Positions 41,717 through 52,436 of a DNA stretch of 64,000 nucleotides are shown in pieces. Both the position numbers and the translations under genes were made by a program. How positions within the stretch are numbered: the first letter of the stretch is position 1; each line of letters begins with the position of its first letter. The stretch comes from Shigella phage Sf25, in the sequence record MF327009, one strand, 5' to 3'. The notes under the pieces are model-generated. The model was not told the origin of the DNA. It did no database searches and saw only the letters and a list, made by a program, of their open reading frames with translations.

Positions 41717-42163
41717 TTATAGATTAAATCCTTCAAAATCAAGAGTATAGATAGTATATGTTGAATACTTTTTGTACTCATATCTATCTGCAATTCTAAA
41801 TACACTTCCAGCTGGTATCATTACTTCTTGTTCATCTGAAACTAATTCCATATTACGATAACGATGACTATCCGGAAACTTAAAGTTTGGATTGTATTCT
41901 TTACAGCGTAGAGCTTTTATAGCATACTCCTGGAAATTGAATACCATAGGAGCTTTGAATTCAAAAATAACTTGTGTGTTATACTCTAAAATTTCATTTA
42001 ACCAAGTATGGTCATCTGGTTTATTAGTAATACAATGAATTAAAAGTTCAATTTCAGATAAATTAAACCCTTCAGAAAGTAATTCTTCACGAATAGAAGC
42101 ACGCACCGATGCATCCATTGATTTTATTTTAAAATCTTTTAGTTGCATTACTGAGTATTTCAT
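41717..42163 (-). CDS. modA: ADP-ribosyltransferase paralog (ModA-like), shorter than expected
   Basis: 148 aa; catalytic E-x-E region SDEQEVMIPAG paralogous to the upstream ORF; start overlaps the modB stop (ATGA). Confidence 0.5.
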   Translation of the reverse strand: MKYSVMQLKDFKIKSMDASVRASIREELLSEGFNLSEIELLIHCITNKPDDHTWLNEILEYNTQVIFEFKAPMVFNFQEYAIKALRCKEYNPNFKFPDSHRYRNMELVSDEQEVMIPAGSVFRIADRYEYKKYSTYTIYTLDFEGFNL

Positions 42164-42783
42164 TCAACTACCTCAATATCATAAACTTTAAATGTTCCAA
42201 ATGAATCGTGTAATTTTTCTTTTGAAATAGAAGTTATTCTATACTTTCCAATTGGAATCATCCATTCTTGTTCACGCACAATCATCATTAAGTTATCAGT
42301 ACGCTCTGAATCTAGCCCATCAGTATCTTCATACGTGTACTTAAACTCAGTATTAGGAGAAGAAAGTATAATATCGCTGATATGGTCAGAATAATTAAAA
42401 GCTTTATCAGTTTTTAAGCGAAATATTATTTCAGTGAAATACTCAACATAAGAAAAACCACATGCTGTGTGCAAACTAGTAGTAAATGAATCTACCCTAT
42501 TCGTTGAAAACACTTCTCCAACTTGTAAATCTTTAATGAGTTCTTTTGTCGATTTTGATATACCACGATATAACTGATAAGGTGATTTAGTTAAATGCTT
42601 TTTAACGATTTTATTCAACTGCCGATGAAGAGCTTCATTCTTTTTAGCTTCCATACATTGCCAAAGAACAGACTGCTCAAAGTCAGTAAATTTTTCACAG
42701 ACTTTTTTATACATATCATATTGAAAATCGACACTTTCAGCTTTTATAGATAACTGTTCAACATCTGCAAGATTAATAATCAT
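42160..42783 (-). CDS. modB: ADP-ribosyltransferase ModB
   Basis: 207 aa; YRG...STN...EQEWMIP motif arrangement. Confidence 0.7.
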   Translation of the reverse strand: MIINLADVEQLSIKAESVDFQYDMYKKVCEKFTDFEQSVLWQCMEAKKNEALHRQLNKIVKKHLTKSPYQLYRGISKSTKELIKDLQVGEVFSTNRVDSFTTSLHTACGFSYVEYFTEIIFRLKTDKAFNYSDHISDIILSSPNTEFKYTYEDTDGLDSERTDNLMMIVREQEWMIPIGKYRITSISKEKLHDSFGTFKVYDIEVVE

Positions 42784-42809
42784 GATAGCCTCCGTATACT
42801 TCAGAAGCT

Positions 42810-42839
42810 ATCATATCATCGTTAGAAAGGAAAGTAAAC
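42810..42839 (-). promoter_or_regulatory. Putative early promoter for modB (GTTTAC-N18-TATGAT); part of it is re-created in the adjacent duplication
   Basis: Reverse complement GTTTACTTTCCTTTCTAACGATGATATGAT, then GGAGG RBS. Confidence 0.5.
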
Positions 42840-43228
42840 AACTTTTTGAATTATTTTGCCCAGGGAGCCCAAGGCGGAGGGTCAAGATGGTATGAAGCTA
42901 GTTCTTCTAGAAGAGCATCTGGGGCTTCAATTCCATAATTCTGTAATACTATACGGTACTCTTTCTTATAATCACTAGAATCATTCTGGTTATTCGTAGA
43001 ATGATTATCTTCTAACATTCATATCATCGTTAGAAAGGAAAGTAAACAACTTTTTGAATTATTTTGCCCAGGGAGCCCAAGGCGGAGGGTCAAGATGGTA
43101 TGAAGCTAGTTCTTCTAGAAGAGCATCTGGGGCTTCAATTCCATAATTCTGTAATACTATACGGTACTCTTTCTTATAATCACTAGAATCATTCTGGTTA
43201 TTCGTAGAATGATTATCTTCTAACATCT
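42813..43228. repeat. Exact direct tandem duplication, 2 x 208 bp, covering a promoter/intergenic region and most of a small ORF
   Basis: atatcatcgttagaaaggaaagtaaacaactttttgaattattttgcccagggagccc... begins at 42813 and 43021. Confidence 0.9.
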
Positions 43229-43241
43229 CAAATAAATCCAT
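43059..43241 (-). CDS. Hypothetical small acidic protein
   Basis: ORF track 60 aa; intact copy lies in the second repeat unit. Confidence 0.45.
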   Translation of the reverse strand: MDLFEMLEDNHSTNNQNDSSDYKKEYRIVLQNYGIEAPDALLEELASYHLDPPPWAPWAK

Positions 43242-43249
43242 ATTAATTC

Positions 43250-43732
43250 CTAGCGATAAAAACCAAATTGACGATTAGCTTCAATAATCTTTCTTTCTTC
43301 TTCGGACATTCTCCAGCGTAGTCCAACATCAAAATGAGCCCAGACCATCTTAACAAATGCATTTATATCTTTAATATCTTCAATAATGAATGTTTTACTT
43401 TTAGAAGGTTGACCTGCTAAATTAAGTGCTAATTTAACTTTATCGTCTTCAAACAGGGCAAAAAGACCATATTCATGAGCTCTTTTATAGCCTTTAATAG
43501 TTAAAGCTTCAGAAGAAGAAAACGGTGAATCAGTATTCTGTAAAATATCTTCAGTATGCTTTATAATTAGAATAACATTTTCTGGATATTTTCTTTCTTT
43601 TATATCTTTAATTAAAATATCCGGATTTTCTGCTAAAGGAATAATTAATGAGCACTTTTTATCAAGTGTATTTACCGATTTACCTTCTTTAGACATAAAT
43701 TCTATTGAATAATGTTTTGCTACTTCAATCAT
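43250..43732 (-). CDS. Hypothetical protein
   Basis: ORF track 160 aa. Confidence 0.5.
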   Translation of the reverse strand: MIEVAKHYSIEFMSKEGKSVNTLDKKCSLIIPLAENPDILIKDIKERKYPENVILIIKHTEDILQNTDSPFSSSEALTIKGYKRAHEYGLFALFEDDKVKLALNLAGQPSKSKTFIIEDIKDINAFVKMVWAHFDVGLRWRMSEEERKIIEANRQFGFYR

Positions 43733-43885
43733 GTGATTTCCTCTTGCCTACTAATGGGCCGTCAGGAATTTTGTTTTCCTGGATATATTTCTCATTTTCT
43801 TCCATCATTTTACTGCCAATTTTAAGAAGCAAATCCAATGCTTCATTTGCTTTAGCCTTGGCCTCTTCTAGCGTCATATCTCTGT

Positions 43886-44089
43886 TCACGATTTATCCCC
43901 ATAGATGTCTCTCATCAATTTAAGCGCTGAGCGTTCTAATTTCTTTTCTTTCTCAACGCTAATCATTGATTTCATCCATTCTTCTGATTCGTTCTGCATT
44001 TCTTTATTTGCTTGTTCAACCCAACCATCATCAATGTACATTGAGTTTGGTCTATTGAACCATTCAAACATTTTCTTCAGAACTTTCAT
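43886..44089 (-). CDS. Hypothetical protein
   Basis: ORF track 67 aa. Confidence 0.4.
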   Translation of the reverse strand: MKVLKKMFEWFNRPNSMYIDDGWVEQANKEMQNESEEWMKSMISVEKEKKLERSALKLMRDIYGDKS

Positions 44090-44549
44090 TTGTTTTACCT
44101 AAAACAACAGTAGGAGCATCATCAAATTCATGAATTTTTAGCAAATTTGGATGTAAACTATTCCATACAGAAGAAATAAAGTATGATAAAGCATCTTCAC
44201 TCACAATTATAAATTTATTTCCTTTATCTATTTTCCAACTATATACTGAATCATACGAATAGAAAGATAAAGGTTTATCATTATAATGTTCTGTGCTAAC
44301 ATTAATGTATTCAGATTTAGTAAATGCTTCAATTGCTCTAAACGGAATATTTGGTACAGTTTCAATAATACCAATCTTTTTAAGTTTTATTTCAGCATCT
44401 TCTGGAACTGGCATTGAAACAAAATTTTCTACGAGATACATTGGGTCACAATAACCCTTATCAATCATTACTGCTACGGTAATTGGAACGTCTTTAGCAA
44501 ACGACATGCTATTACTGCTAATATACATTTCAAACAAAATCGCTTCCAT
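44064..44549 (-). CDS. Hypothetical protein
   Basis: Probable start MEAILFEMY with GAGGA RBS; 161 aa. Confidence 0.5.
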   Translation of the reverse strand: MEAILFEMYISSNSMSFAKDVPITVAVMIDKGYCDPMYLVENFVSMPVPEDAEIKLKKIGIIETVPNIPFRAIEAFTKSEYINVSTEHYNDKPLSFYSYDSVYSWKIDKGNKFIIVSEDALSYFISSVWNSLHPNLLKIHEFDDAPTVVLGKTNESSEENV

Positions 44550-44557
44550 ATTTTTCC

Positions 44558-44899
44558 TCAATCGCAAGATGTAGATGAACAACTAGAATCGCAAGAACTT
44601 CCACACGAATCGCCCGTCCATACATGAACAGGAACATTAGTGTCATATGAATCAGAACTAGACTGTGTATTCTGCGTATTAGATGATGTAGTAGGTGTTG
44701 ACCAGCGCCAAGGATTTTTATAATATTCTTGGGCTTCTTCATAAGTCATAGTAACTGCTTCTACTGTTCCATCTCCCATATAAACATATTCAACTACAGT
44801 TAAAGGAAGGTAGTCATTTGAAATAGGAACTACACCTTCCCCAGGAGTCGTAGAGAAAAAATCCGTAAAGAAACTTTTAAACCAATTAAAGATAAACAT
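44558..44899 (-). CDS. Hypothetical protein with Ser/Cys-rich C-terminus
   Basis: 113 aa ending ...[18 protein letters not shown]. Confidence 0.45.
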   Translation of the reverse strand: MFIFNWFKSFFTDFFSTTPGEGVVPISNDYLPLTVVEYVYMGDGTVEAVTMTYEEAQEYYKNPWRWSTPTTSSNTQNTQSSSDSYDTNVPVHVWTGDSCGSSCDSSCSSTSCD

Positions 44900-45105
44900 T
44901 ACAAAAAGCCTCTTTTGAATTCAACTTGTTTATCGCCATAATCATATCGAATCTCTGCATTAAATTCAACAGAACCATCTGCGTACATCATAAATGAATG
45001 CACAACAACTTCTGTGGACCATGGCTGTAGTTCATATTTCTTCATTACATGTCGTGAAATGATAATATCTAAATCTTCATTTGGTTTAATCCAGCGATTT
45101 AACAT
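44899..45105 (-). CDS. Hypothetical protein
   Basis: ORF track 68 aa; GGAG RBS. Confidence 0.5.
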   Translation of the reverse strand: MLNRWIKPNEDLDIIISRHVMKKYELQPWSTEVVVHSFMMYADGSVEFNAEIRYDYGDKQVEFKRGFL

Positions 45106-45131
45106 AGTGCTCTCCTCTATAAGATAATTCT

Positions 45132-45161
45132 ATTATACCATACTCATTTTGGAAAGTAAAC
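45132..45161 (-). promoter_or_regulatory. Putative early promoter (GTTTAC-N18-TATAAT)
   Basis: Reverse complement GTTTACTTTCCAAAATGAGTATGGTATAAT. Confidence 0.5.
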
Positions 45162-45170
45162 CATTTAAAT

Positions 45171-45198
45171 GAAAAAAGGACTCCCGAAGGAGTCCTTG
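45171..45198 (-). terminator. Intrinsic terminator with UUCG tetraloop downstream of soc
   Basis: Minus strand AAGGACTCC-UUCG-GGAGTCCTT followed by TTTTTT. Confidence 0.7.
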
Positions 45199-45201
45199 AA
45201 T

Positions 45202-45447
45202 TTATTCACCAGTTACTTTCCACAAATCTTCATTTGCAGCAATCCATTCAGTACGTTGATTTTCTTCATATACTGTAGAATATGCTGCTTTTTCTGAAGG
45301 GAATATCTGGTAATGAGCGCCAGAAATTTTATGAACGTCAGAATAAAGAGGGAAAGCTACAGAAATTTCCTTTCCTTCAATTTTCTTATTTCCATCTAAT
45401 TTTTGCTCAAATGTTTTAATATTAACATAACCGCGAGTACTAGCCAT
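45202..45447 (-). CDS. soc: Small outer capsid protein Soc
   Basis: 81 aa MASTRGYVNIKTFEQKLDGNKKIEGKEISVAFPLY... Confidence 0.9.
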   Translation of the reverse strand: MASTRGYVNIKTFEQKLDGNKKIEGKEISVAFPLYSDVHKISGAHYQIFPSEKAAYSTVYEENQRTEWIAANEDLWKVTGE

Positions 45448-45467
45448 GTAATTCTCCTTTTATTTAA

Positions 45468-45475
45468 ATTACATG
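45468..45475 (-). promoter_or_regulatory. Late promoter TATAAATA for soc
   Basis: Minus-strand TATAAATA about 20 nt upstream of the soc ATG. Confidence 0.6.
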
Positions 45476-45530
45476 ATTATTTATAATAAATTCTCGCGGC
45501 TTTTAAGTCGTCGTTTATTTAAATGAGCTA

Positions 45531-46293
45531 TTAATAGCCTCGATCTTGACGAGCGAAGTTTTCAGCATTTTTCAGATAATAAAGTTTAAAGATTTCCTCA
45601 GCTGACATTCCAAGAGCAATGAATTTATTCATGAAAAAGTGAAATTGGTCAATCAGTTCAAATTTAATTTCAAGCTGATCTTCAGGAGATAAGTCTTGAA
45701 TTTTCTTGGATTGCATTTCAGAATAACGTTTCTTCCAAGGTTTCCATACAGCAGAAGCTTCTTTTTCACCATTACTCATACCACCAAGAGAAGTATATAG
45801 CTCGCGAGTTTCATCTGCGATATAATCGTCTTGGTTTCGCAACCAAGCAAGAACTTCTCCTGCAGTTTCAAGTGAATCAGGATGACGATTTGTTTCTGGT
45901 TTATCATTAGCCAAACGAATCTGTAAATGCCGCTGCATGTCAAATTTTCTTGGATTGCATTTCAGAATAACGTTTCTTCCAAGGTTTCCATACAGCAGAA
46001 GCTTCTTTTTCACCATTACTCATACCACCAAGAGAAGTATATAGCTCGCGAGTTTCATCTGCGATATAATCGTCTTGGTTTCGCAACCAAGCAAGAACTT
46101 CTCCTGCAGTTTCAAGTGAATCAGGATGACGATTTGTTTCTGGTTTATCATTAGCCAAACGAATCTGTAAATGCCGCTGCATGTCAAGCATAACCTGCAA
46201 TGGGTCAATACTGTGCATAATATACTCAGCATATGCACGATTTGCTTTATCAACACCTTCGATCAAATGAGCACATTCATTAAAGTGAGCCAT
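45531..46293 (-). pseudogene. 56: dCTPase/dUTPase gp56 (MazG-like) disrupted by a frameshifting 244-bp tandem duplication
   Basis: N-terminal frame MAHFNECAHLIEGVDK... (AAGGAAA RBS) terminates at the repeat junction near 45940; C-terminal part ...ALGMSAEEIFKLYYLKNAENFARQDRGY is in another frame. Confidence 0.6.
45700..46187. repeat. Exact direct tandem duplication, 2 x 244 bp (not a multiple of 3), inside gene 56
   Basis: attttcttggattgcatttcagaataacgtttcttcc... begins at 45700 and 45944. Confidence 0.9.
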
Positions 46294-46353
46294 TATTTTT
46301 CCTTTCAATTCATTAATAAGTTAAATAATTATATCATTTGAGTATGTAAGCAA

Positions 46354-47693
<1,340 letters not shown>

Positions 47694-47718
47694 TATATCA
47701 TCCTCAGCAATTTGTTTT

Positions 47719-47748
47719 ATAATACCATAACAAGCTGAGAAAGTAAAC
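47719..47748 (-). promoter_or_regulatory. Putative early promoter (GTTTAC-N18-TATTAT)
   Basis: Reverse complement TTGTTTACTTTCTCAGCTTGTTATGGTATTAT. Confidence 0.5.
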
Positions 47749-47786
47749 AAATTTATGATAAATATTAATTTAAAGGAGGACGACGC

Positions 47787-47987
47787 ATGGTACAAAAATT
47801 AATGGCACTTGTTAATGCCATCAAAGGTAATAAAAAACGTATAGCTTTTACTATTTCTGCTATGGTAGGAATTTTACTCTGGAACTTTATTTTATCACCT
47901 GTTGCAATTGCACATGGTATTAATATTCCAGTAGTTACTCTTGATACATTCGTAGATTTAGCATTTGCTTTAGTTGGGTTAATTTAA
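47787..47987 (+). CDS. Small hydrophobic membrane protein encoded on the plus strand
   Basis: 66 aa; strong RBS AAGGAGGA 7 nt upstream of the ATG; two predicted TM segments. Confidence 0.5.
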   Translation: MVQKLMALVNAIKGNKKRIAFTISAMVGILLWNFILSPVAIAHGINIPVVTLDTFVDLAFALVGLI

Positions 47988-49012
47988 ATCTTAGCATATT
48001 TAGATAACCTCATTTTAGCCATCAACCCCTGGGCAATATTATTTTTCATATATTCCATAATTTGTTCAGGGGTTGCACCTTCCTTTCTAATCATATCATT
48101 AACATCTTTTGATTTCCAGGGAGATTTATCCCAAAACATAACTCTTTCTCCTGCATCAACTAATTTAGTCATTCGTTTGATAGTGTCAGGGTGACGAGGT
48201 TCATTATCTAAAACCCACACTCGTCTATCTTTAAATGGAACAACTTCTAGGTCTAATTGACCACCCGTAATAGCTATACCATTTTCAATAAAAAGTGAAT
48301 CTATAGGTCCTTCTAGAACATATACATCACCATCTTTAACTCGTTCAACACCGTAAATTTTTGTTGCCTCAGGATAAGCTTTGATGGTGATATACTTTTG
48401 TGGAGCATCTTTCTTTAATGCACGACCTTGAAAAGACTCAGCTTTTCCGTTAGCATTATAAATTGGAATAACAAGACGAGGCTCAGAAATTTCCTTTTTG
48501 TATGTTCCCGGTGCTATGCTATTAACTAATTTAGGCCATTCGGTTGTAAACCAAAGATATTTCCATTTATCCTTTGGAATACAACGAGCTTTTACATATT
48601 TTATAATTGGATGGTCTTCCGCCAGTTTATCTAATCTAACGCATGACGGAAGAGATTTAATTATTTTCTTCTCAGGCTGTTTAGGAAGTTCTTTAGGTTT
48701 TTCTACTGGACGACTTTTACCTTTTTCTTTTCTTATTTCAAAGATATACTCACGATATAAATCAGGTTCAAACTCCTTTAAATATATTCCGATTGGTGCA
48801 TGATAGTTACAGTTATAACAATGAATATTTCCTTCATTATTATCACCATAATACCATCCACGGGCTTTATTTTGGTCGGTTTTTGAATCTCCACAAACAG
48901 GGCATCTAAACCGCAACTTAAAGGTTGAACTATTATTTACTTGTGTAAATTTAGGTAAATGAGCTAATGCACGGTATGCAAACTCATTATCAATCCAAGG
49001 TATTGATGACAT
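47984..49012 (-). CDS. 61: DNA primase gp61
   Basis: 342 aa; zinc-ribbon CPVCGDSK...CYNC and TOPRIM region. Confidence 0.92.
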   Translation of the reverse strand: MSSIPWIDNEFAYRALAHLPKFTQVNNSSTFKLRFRCPVCGDSKTDQNKARGWYYGDNNEGNIHCYNCNYHAPIGIYLKEFEPDLYREYIFEIRKEKGKSRPVEKPKELPKQPEKKIIKSLPSCVRLDKLAEDHPIIKYVKARCIPKDKWKYLWFTTEWPKLVNSIAPGTYKKEISEPRLVIPIYNANGKAESFQGRALKKDAPQKYITIKAYPEATKIYGVERVKDGDVYVLEGPIDSLFIENGIAITGGQLDLEVVPFKDRRVWVLDNEPRHPDTIKRMTKLVDAGERVMFWDKSPWKSKDVNDMIRKEGATPEQIMEYMKNNIAQGLMAKMRLSKYAKI

Positions 49013-49180
49013 TTTTACTCTTCTTTTTCTTTAGATTCCTCTTTCTTCTTTTTAGGAATCTGTTCAGGACCTTTATTTACTACAGCACCTGACGTTGTTC
49101 CAGTAGAGATATTTTCAGGATTACCACCTGAATCTCCAGCGACCATATCTTCTTTAATAAATTCTTTATATGTTTTCATA

Positions 49181-49807
49181 TTAACCTCTATTCATAAAAG
49201 CATTAAAAATTTGGTCATCAATAGAAACATTTACTTTAGACTGTTTTTCTGATGGTAATTCATATCCACATATCACAATTTTATGATCAATATCAAAATA
49301 CACAGAAGCAATATGATTAATGATATTTTCAGTGAAGTCTAAATCGACATCAATATCTTTTTGACCAAAGCCCAAAGGATAAATAATGCGAGTAATTCGA
49401 TTATCTTTAACAAAGATTCCACCGACATACTCTGTACTGCGTTTAAAGTCTACACGCCGACGAAATGAAAAATATTCAGGCTCTTTATGAGCTCGGCTCA
49501 TAGGACACAACGAATAACTAGAATAAGAGATGTCAAATCCTACGCCTTCAATATGAGCCAAAGTGTCATGATTAAACCAATTATAATCGTACGCCAAATC
49601 CATTAGATTATAATATGTAAAAGGCACCGGATTAACATCATTAGTCACAAGCATGTAATTAGCAACTGCTATAATTTCATTGTTTTTAACGAATACAAAC
49701 CGTGATTGATGCGAATGACCTGGACCCGCGTTTTCACGATTAATGATATAACACTGGGCACCTTTATATTTGTATGTATCTTTGCACTTGTGCATTTGAT
49801 AGAGCAT
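49181..49807 (-). CDS. Hypothetical protein
   Basis: ORF track 208 aa. Confidence 0.5.
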   Translation of the reverse strand: MLYQMHKCKDTYKYKGAQCYIINRENAGPGHSHQSRFVFVKNNEIIAVANYMLVTNDVNPVPFTYYNLMDLAYDYNWFNHDTLAHIEGVGFDISYSSYSLCPMSRAHKEPEYFSFRRRVDFKRSTEYVGGIFVKDNRITRIIYPLGFGQKDIDVDLDFTENIINHIASVYFDIDHKIVICGYELPSEKQSKVNVSIDDQIFNAFMNRG

Positions 49808-50100
49808 TATTCACCTACCACTTCAGCGATGATATTTTTGTTATTAAAGTTTTTATCGCAATACAGAACATAATTATACTGCATTACACCACCAGACTTA
49901 AGCTGTTTTTGCACTTCAGCTTTCATTTCAGGACGATCGCGCTCAACAATATTCATAATATCCGCTTCAATTTGAGTTTCAACCTCAGTCTGATCAGCAG
50001 TCATAGACCATTCGCACAAATCTTTATCATAACCTGCCATAGCAGGCTGAGCAGCACAAGAAGCTAAAGCAAAAATTGTAGCAAAGATAAATTTTTTCAT
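49807..50100 (-). CDS. sp: Secreted/periplasmic protein, probable spackle-like superinfection exclusion factor
   Basis: 97 aa; signal peptide MKKFIFATIFALASCAAQPAMA; GAGGAG RBS. Confidence 0.55.
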   Translation of the reverse strand: MKKFIFATIFALASCAAQPAMAGYDKDLCEWSMTADQTEVETQIEADIMNIVERDRPEMKAEVQKQLKSGGVMQYNYVLYCDKNFNNKNIIAEVVGE

Positions 50101-50128
50101 GATAATCTCCTCAGTAGTTTATGTTTAT

Positions 50129-50158
50129 ATAGTATCTCAATTTCCAACAAAAGTAAAC
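50129..50158 (-). promoter_or_regulatory. Putative early promoter (GTTTAC-N18-TACTAT)
   Basis: Reverse complement GTTTACTTTTGTTGGAAATTGAGATACTAT. Confidence 0.5.
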
Positions 50159-50160
50159 AG

Positions 50161-50460
50161 TTATTTTAAAACTTCTGTGTAATCACATGTTACAAACTGT
50201 TTCTCTAGCTTGACGATTTTACGAAAGTATCTTTTACATTGACGAATCTGTCGCTTAGTAGGGCGCACAGCAAACTTAATAAATTCCACTCGACCAAATG
50301 GAGGGCTTTCTTCTGATGGAATATCTAACACCAATTCCCATGTATCTGCAATAAGTGCTTTGAATTGAGTATTTTTCCTAACGTTATACGGAGTAGGTTT
50401 AAATAAAACAATATGCATATTATCCTCGGCAATCCACTTCACATACTTTCTTGTCATCAA
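50161..50460 (-). CDS. Hypothetical basic protein
   Basis: ORF track 99 aa. Confidence 0.5.
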   Translation of the reverse strand: MMTRKYVKWIAEDNMHIVLFKPTPYNVRKNTQFKALIADTWELVLDIPSEESPPFGRVEFIKFAVRPTKRQIRQCKRYFRKIVKLEKQFVTCDYTEVLK

Positions 50461-50602
50461 TGAAAGCTTTAACTAATGCTTTATTAACTTCAGCATACTG
50501 AGTAGTAGCCCATTGAACGTCATCTTTCATCATTGTGGTTTCTTTAGTAAACATGCTTTCATTCTTAAACCACCCCATAAAAACTACCTTTACCAATTCC
50601 AT
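50420..50602 (-). CDS. Hypothetical protein
   Basis: ORF track 60 aa; GAGGAG RBS. Confidence 0.45.
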   Translation of the reverse strand: MELVKVVFMGWFKNESMFTKETTMMKDDVQWATTQYAEVNKALVKAFIDDKKVCEVDCRG

Positions 50603-50631
50603 AACAATCTCCTCATTTAACCAACAAGATT

Positions 50632-50661
50632 ACTATACCATAGTCTTGTCAGCTTGTAAAC
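50632..50661 (-). promoter_or_regulatory. Putative early promoter (GTTTAC-N18-TATAGT) overlapping the gene 41 stop
   Basis: Reverse complement GTTTACAAGCTGACAAGACTATGGTATAGT. Confidence 0.45.
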
Positions 50662-52088
50662 TAAAATTTTAATTCATTTGCCAAAGCATCTAACTGAGCT
50701 CGAGTAGATTCATTTCTTTGATAGCGATTCTGCTCAGCCTGAATCTGTTGTGAACCTGCTACTTCGTTCACTTCAGTTGGAGTAGAATCTTGTTCAATTT
50801 CTACCCATTTCTGATTTCCTTTTTGAACACCCATCAAAAACTTATTCCATTTATTCTTATCGCCATATCGTGATTTGATTTGCTTAATGAGTTGTTGTTC
50901 AGCAGCTGCTAGCTCCTCGGTTTCAATGACCGCAAGCATAAAATCAGCTGTTGCTGGAAGACCAGCAGATTCTGCAATATCGCTCATGTTAACATCGGAA
51001 GAGTCCCAAGCTTGTTTACCAACCTGCGCTGCGGTCCAAAGAACAGTTTCGGTTTCAACAGCAAGAGCACGCAATTCCTCTGCAATAGCTTTAACAGTTG
51101 TGTAACTATTTTCTGAATAAACTCTAATGCGGCAAGATTTACAAATACCTAGATAGTCGACAATAATGATTGTTGGAACAAAATTCTTCTTGAGCTTCAA
51201 TTCATTCAAGAGAGACCTGAATGTATTAGCGTCTGCTCCACCAGTAGGATATTGCTTAACGATTAAACGACCGAGAGTAGATTTCTCACGCCATTTTTCC
51301 ATTTTTCCTTTATATTCGGCGTAAGAAATATGTCCATCATCAATATCGTCAAGAGAAACATCGAGCATGTTAGCATCAATACGTTTAGCACAGACTTCTT
51401 CTGCCATTTCCATGGAGATATAAAGAACGTTATGACCAAGCTGCAAATAATCTGCTGCTAATGAGCAAAGTCCTAATGATTTACCAACGTTAACGCCAGC
51501 CATTAAAACGTTCAGTGTTCCTGTTTCAGCTCCGCCTTTTGTAATTTTATTCAAAATACGAAGTTTAAATGGAACCTTACGAGCTTTATTCATATAAGAT
51601 AGCCAGCGTGCTTCGTAGTCATCCATCCAATCATGACCAACGTAGCTATCAAATGAAATTGATAATGCTTGGCGCATGATGTCAGGAATAGCACCTACAT
51701 CTGGCATTTTCTTATTTCGTTTTTCCGGAGGAAGCTCAGCATTAGTTTGAATTTCGATTATTTTAGACGTAGCATTAAACATCGCCCTTTGCTGAACATA
51801 TTTTTCTGTTTCTTTTACTAACCAACTATGGTCTTCCGGAGAATCAGCTAGTTTTGAAATAAGTGTTTTTACACCAGAATATTCTGTTTCAGTAAATGAA
51901 CTATTTTCTAATGCAACATTTAACGCATTAATAGATGGAACGCTATGATACTCATTAACATGAGATTTAATTAATTTGAATGTATTTTTAGCTGGACCAC
52001 TTTCAAAATATTCTGAATCCATATATGGCCAAACTTTTGAAAAATAAGCTTGATCAAATATGAGATGAGAAAGAATAATTTCTACCAC
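50661..52088 (-). CDS. 41: Replicative DNA helicase gp41 (DnaB-like)
   Basis: 475 aa; Walker A GVNVGKS. Confidence 0.92.
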   Translation of the reverse strand: MVEIILSHLIFDQAYFSKVWPYMDSEYFESGPAKNTFKLIKSHVNEYHSVPSINALNVALENSSFTETEYSGVKTLISKLADSPEDHSWLVKETEKYVQQRAMFNATSKIIEIQTNAELPPEKRNKKMPDVGAIPDIMRQALSISFDSYVGHDWMDDYEARWLSYMNKARKVPFKLRILNKITKGGAETGTLNVLMAGVNVGKSLGLCSLAADYLQLGHNVLYISMEMAEEVCAKRIDANMLDVSLDDIDDGHISYAEYKGKMEKWREKSTLGRLIVKQYPTGGADANTFRSLLNELKLKKNFVPTIIIVDYLGICKSCRIRVYSENSYTTVKAIAEELRALAVETETVLWTAAQVGKQAWDSSDVNMSDIAESAGLPATADFMLAVIETEELAAAEQQLIKQIKSRYGDKNKWNKFLMGVQKGNQKWVEIEQDSTPTEVNEVAGSQQIQAEQNRYQRNESTRAQLDALANELKF

Positions 52089-52097
52089 ACTTACTCC

Positions 52098-52436
52098 TTA
52101 AAAGAATTTAAATTTTTTCTTTGACCTTTTATTAAATGCATCTTGCAGTTGCATTGTAATACATTTTTCTACATGAGGAGCTAACTCAGCTTTTCTTTCT
52201 TGGTCAAGAACAGCAAAGTCCATTACAACCTTTCCATCAACCCAATCCAGTTTAGTTACATACACTATATGTGTAGAACCATCTTCTAGTTTAATGACAA
52301 TCTCCTGGATAACATTTTCCATAGCGGATTTAATTATCTTAAGAGACTCATTAAAAAGACGTTCTTTTCTTTCTTTTTCCCCCTCCGAAGAGGGGGATTC
52401 ATCGATAATTTCTAAATCTAAATCATCTTTACTCAT
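52098..52436 (-). CDS. 40: Hypothetical acidic protein at the gene 40 position
   Basis: Probable start MSKDDLDLEII with GGAAGAA RBS; position between 41 and uvsX. Confidence 0.5.
   Translation of the reverse strand: MSKDDLDLEIIDESPSSEGEKERKERLFNESLKIIKSAMENVIQEIVIKLEDGSTHIVYVTKLDWVDGKVVMDFAVLDQERKAELAPHVEKCITMQLQDAFNKRSKKKFKFF

Noticed and set aside
46020-46256. ORF 46020..46256 (-) inside gene 56
   Set aside because: Alternative frame within the duplicated gene 56 segment; explained by the duplication rather than a separate gene.
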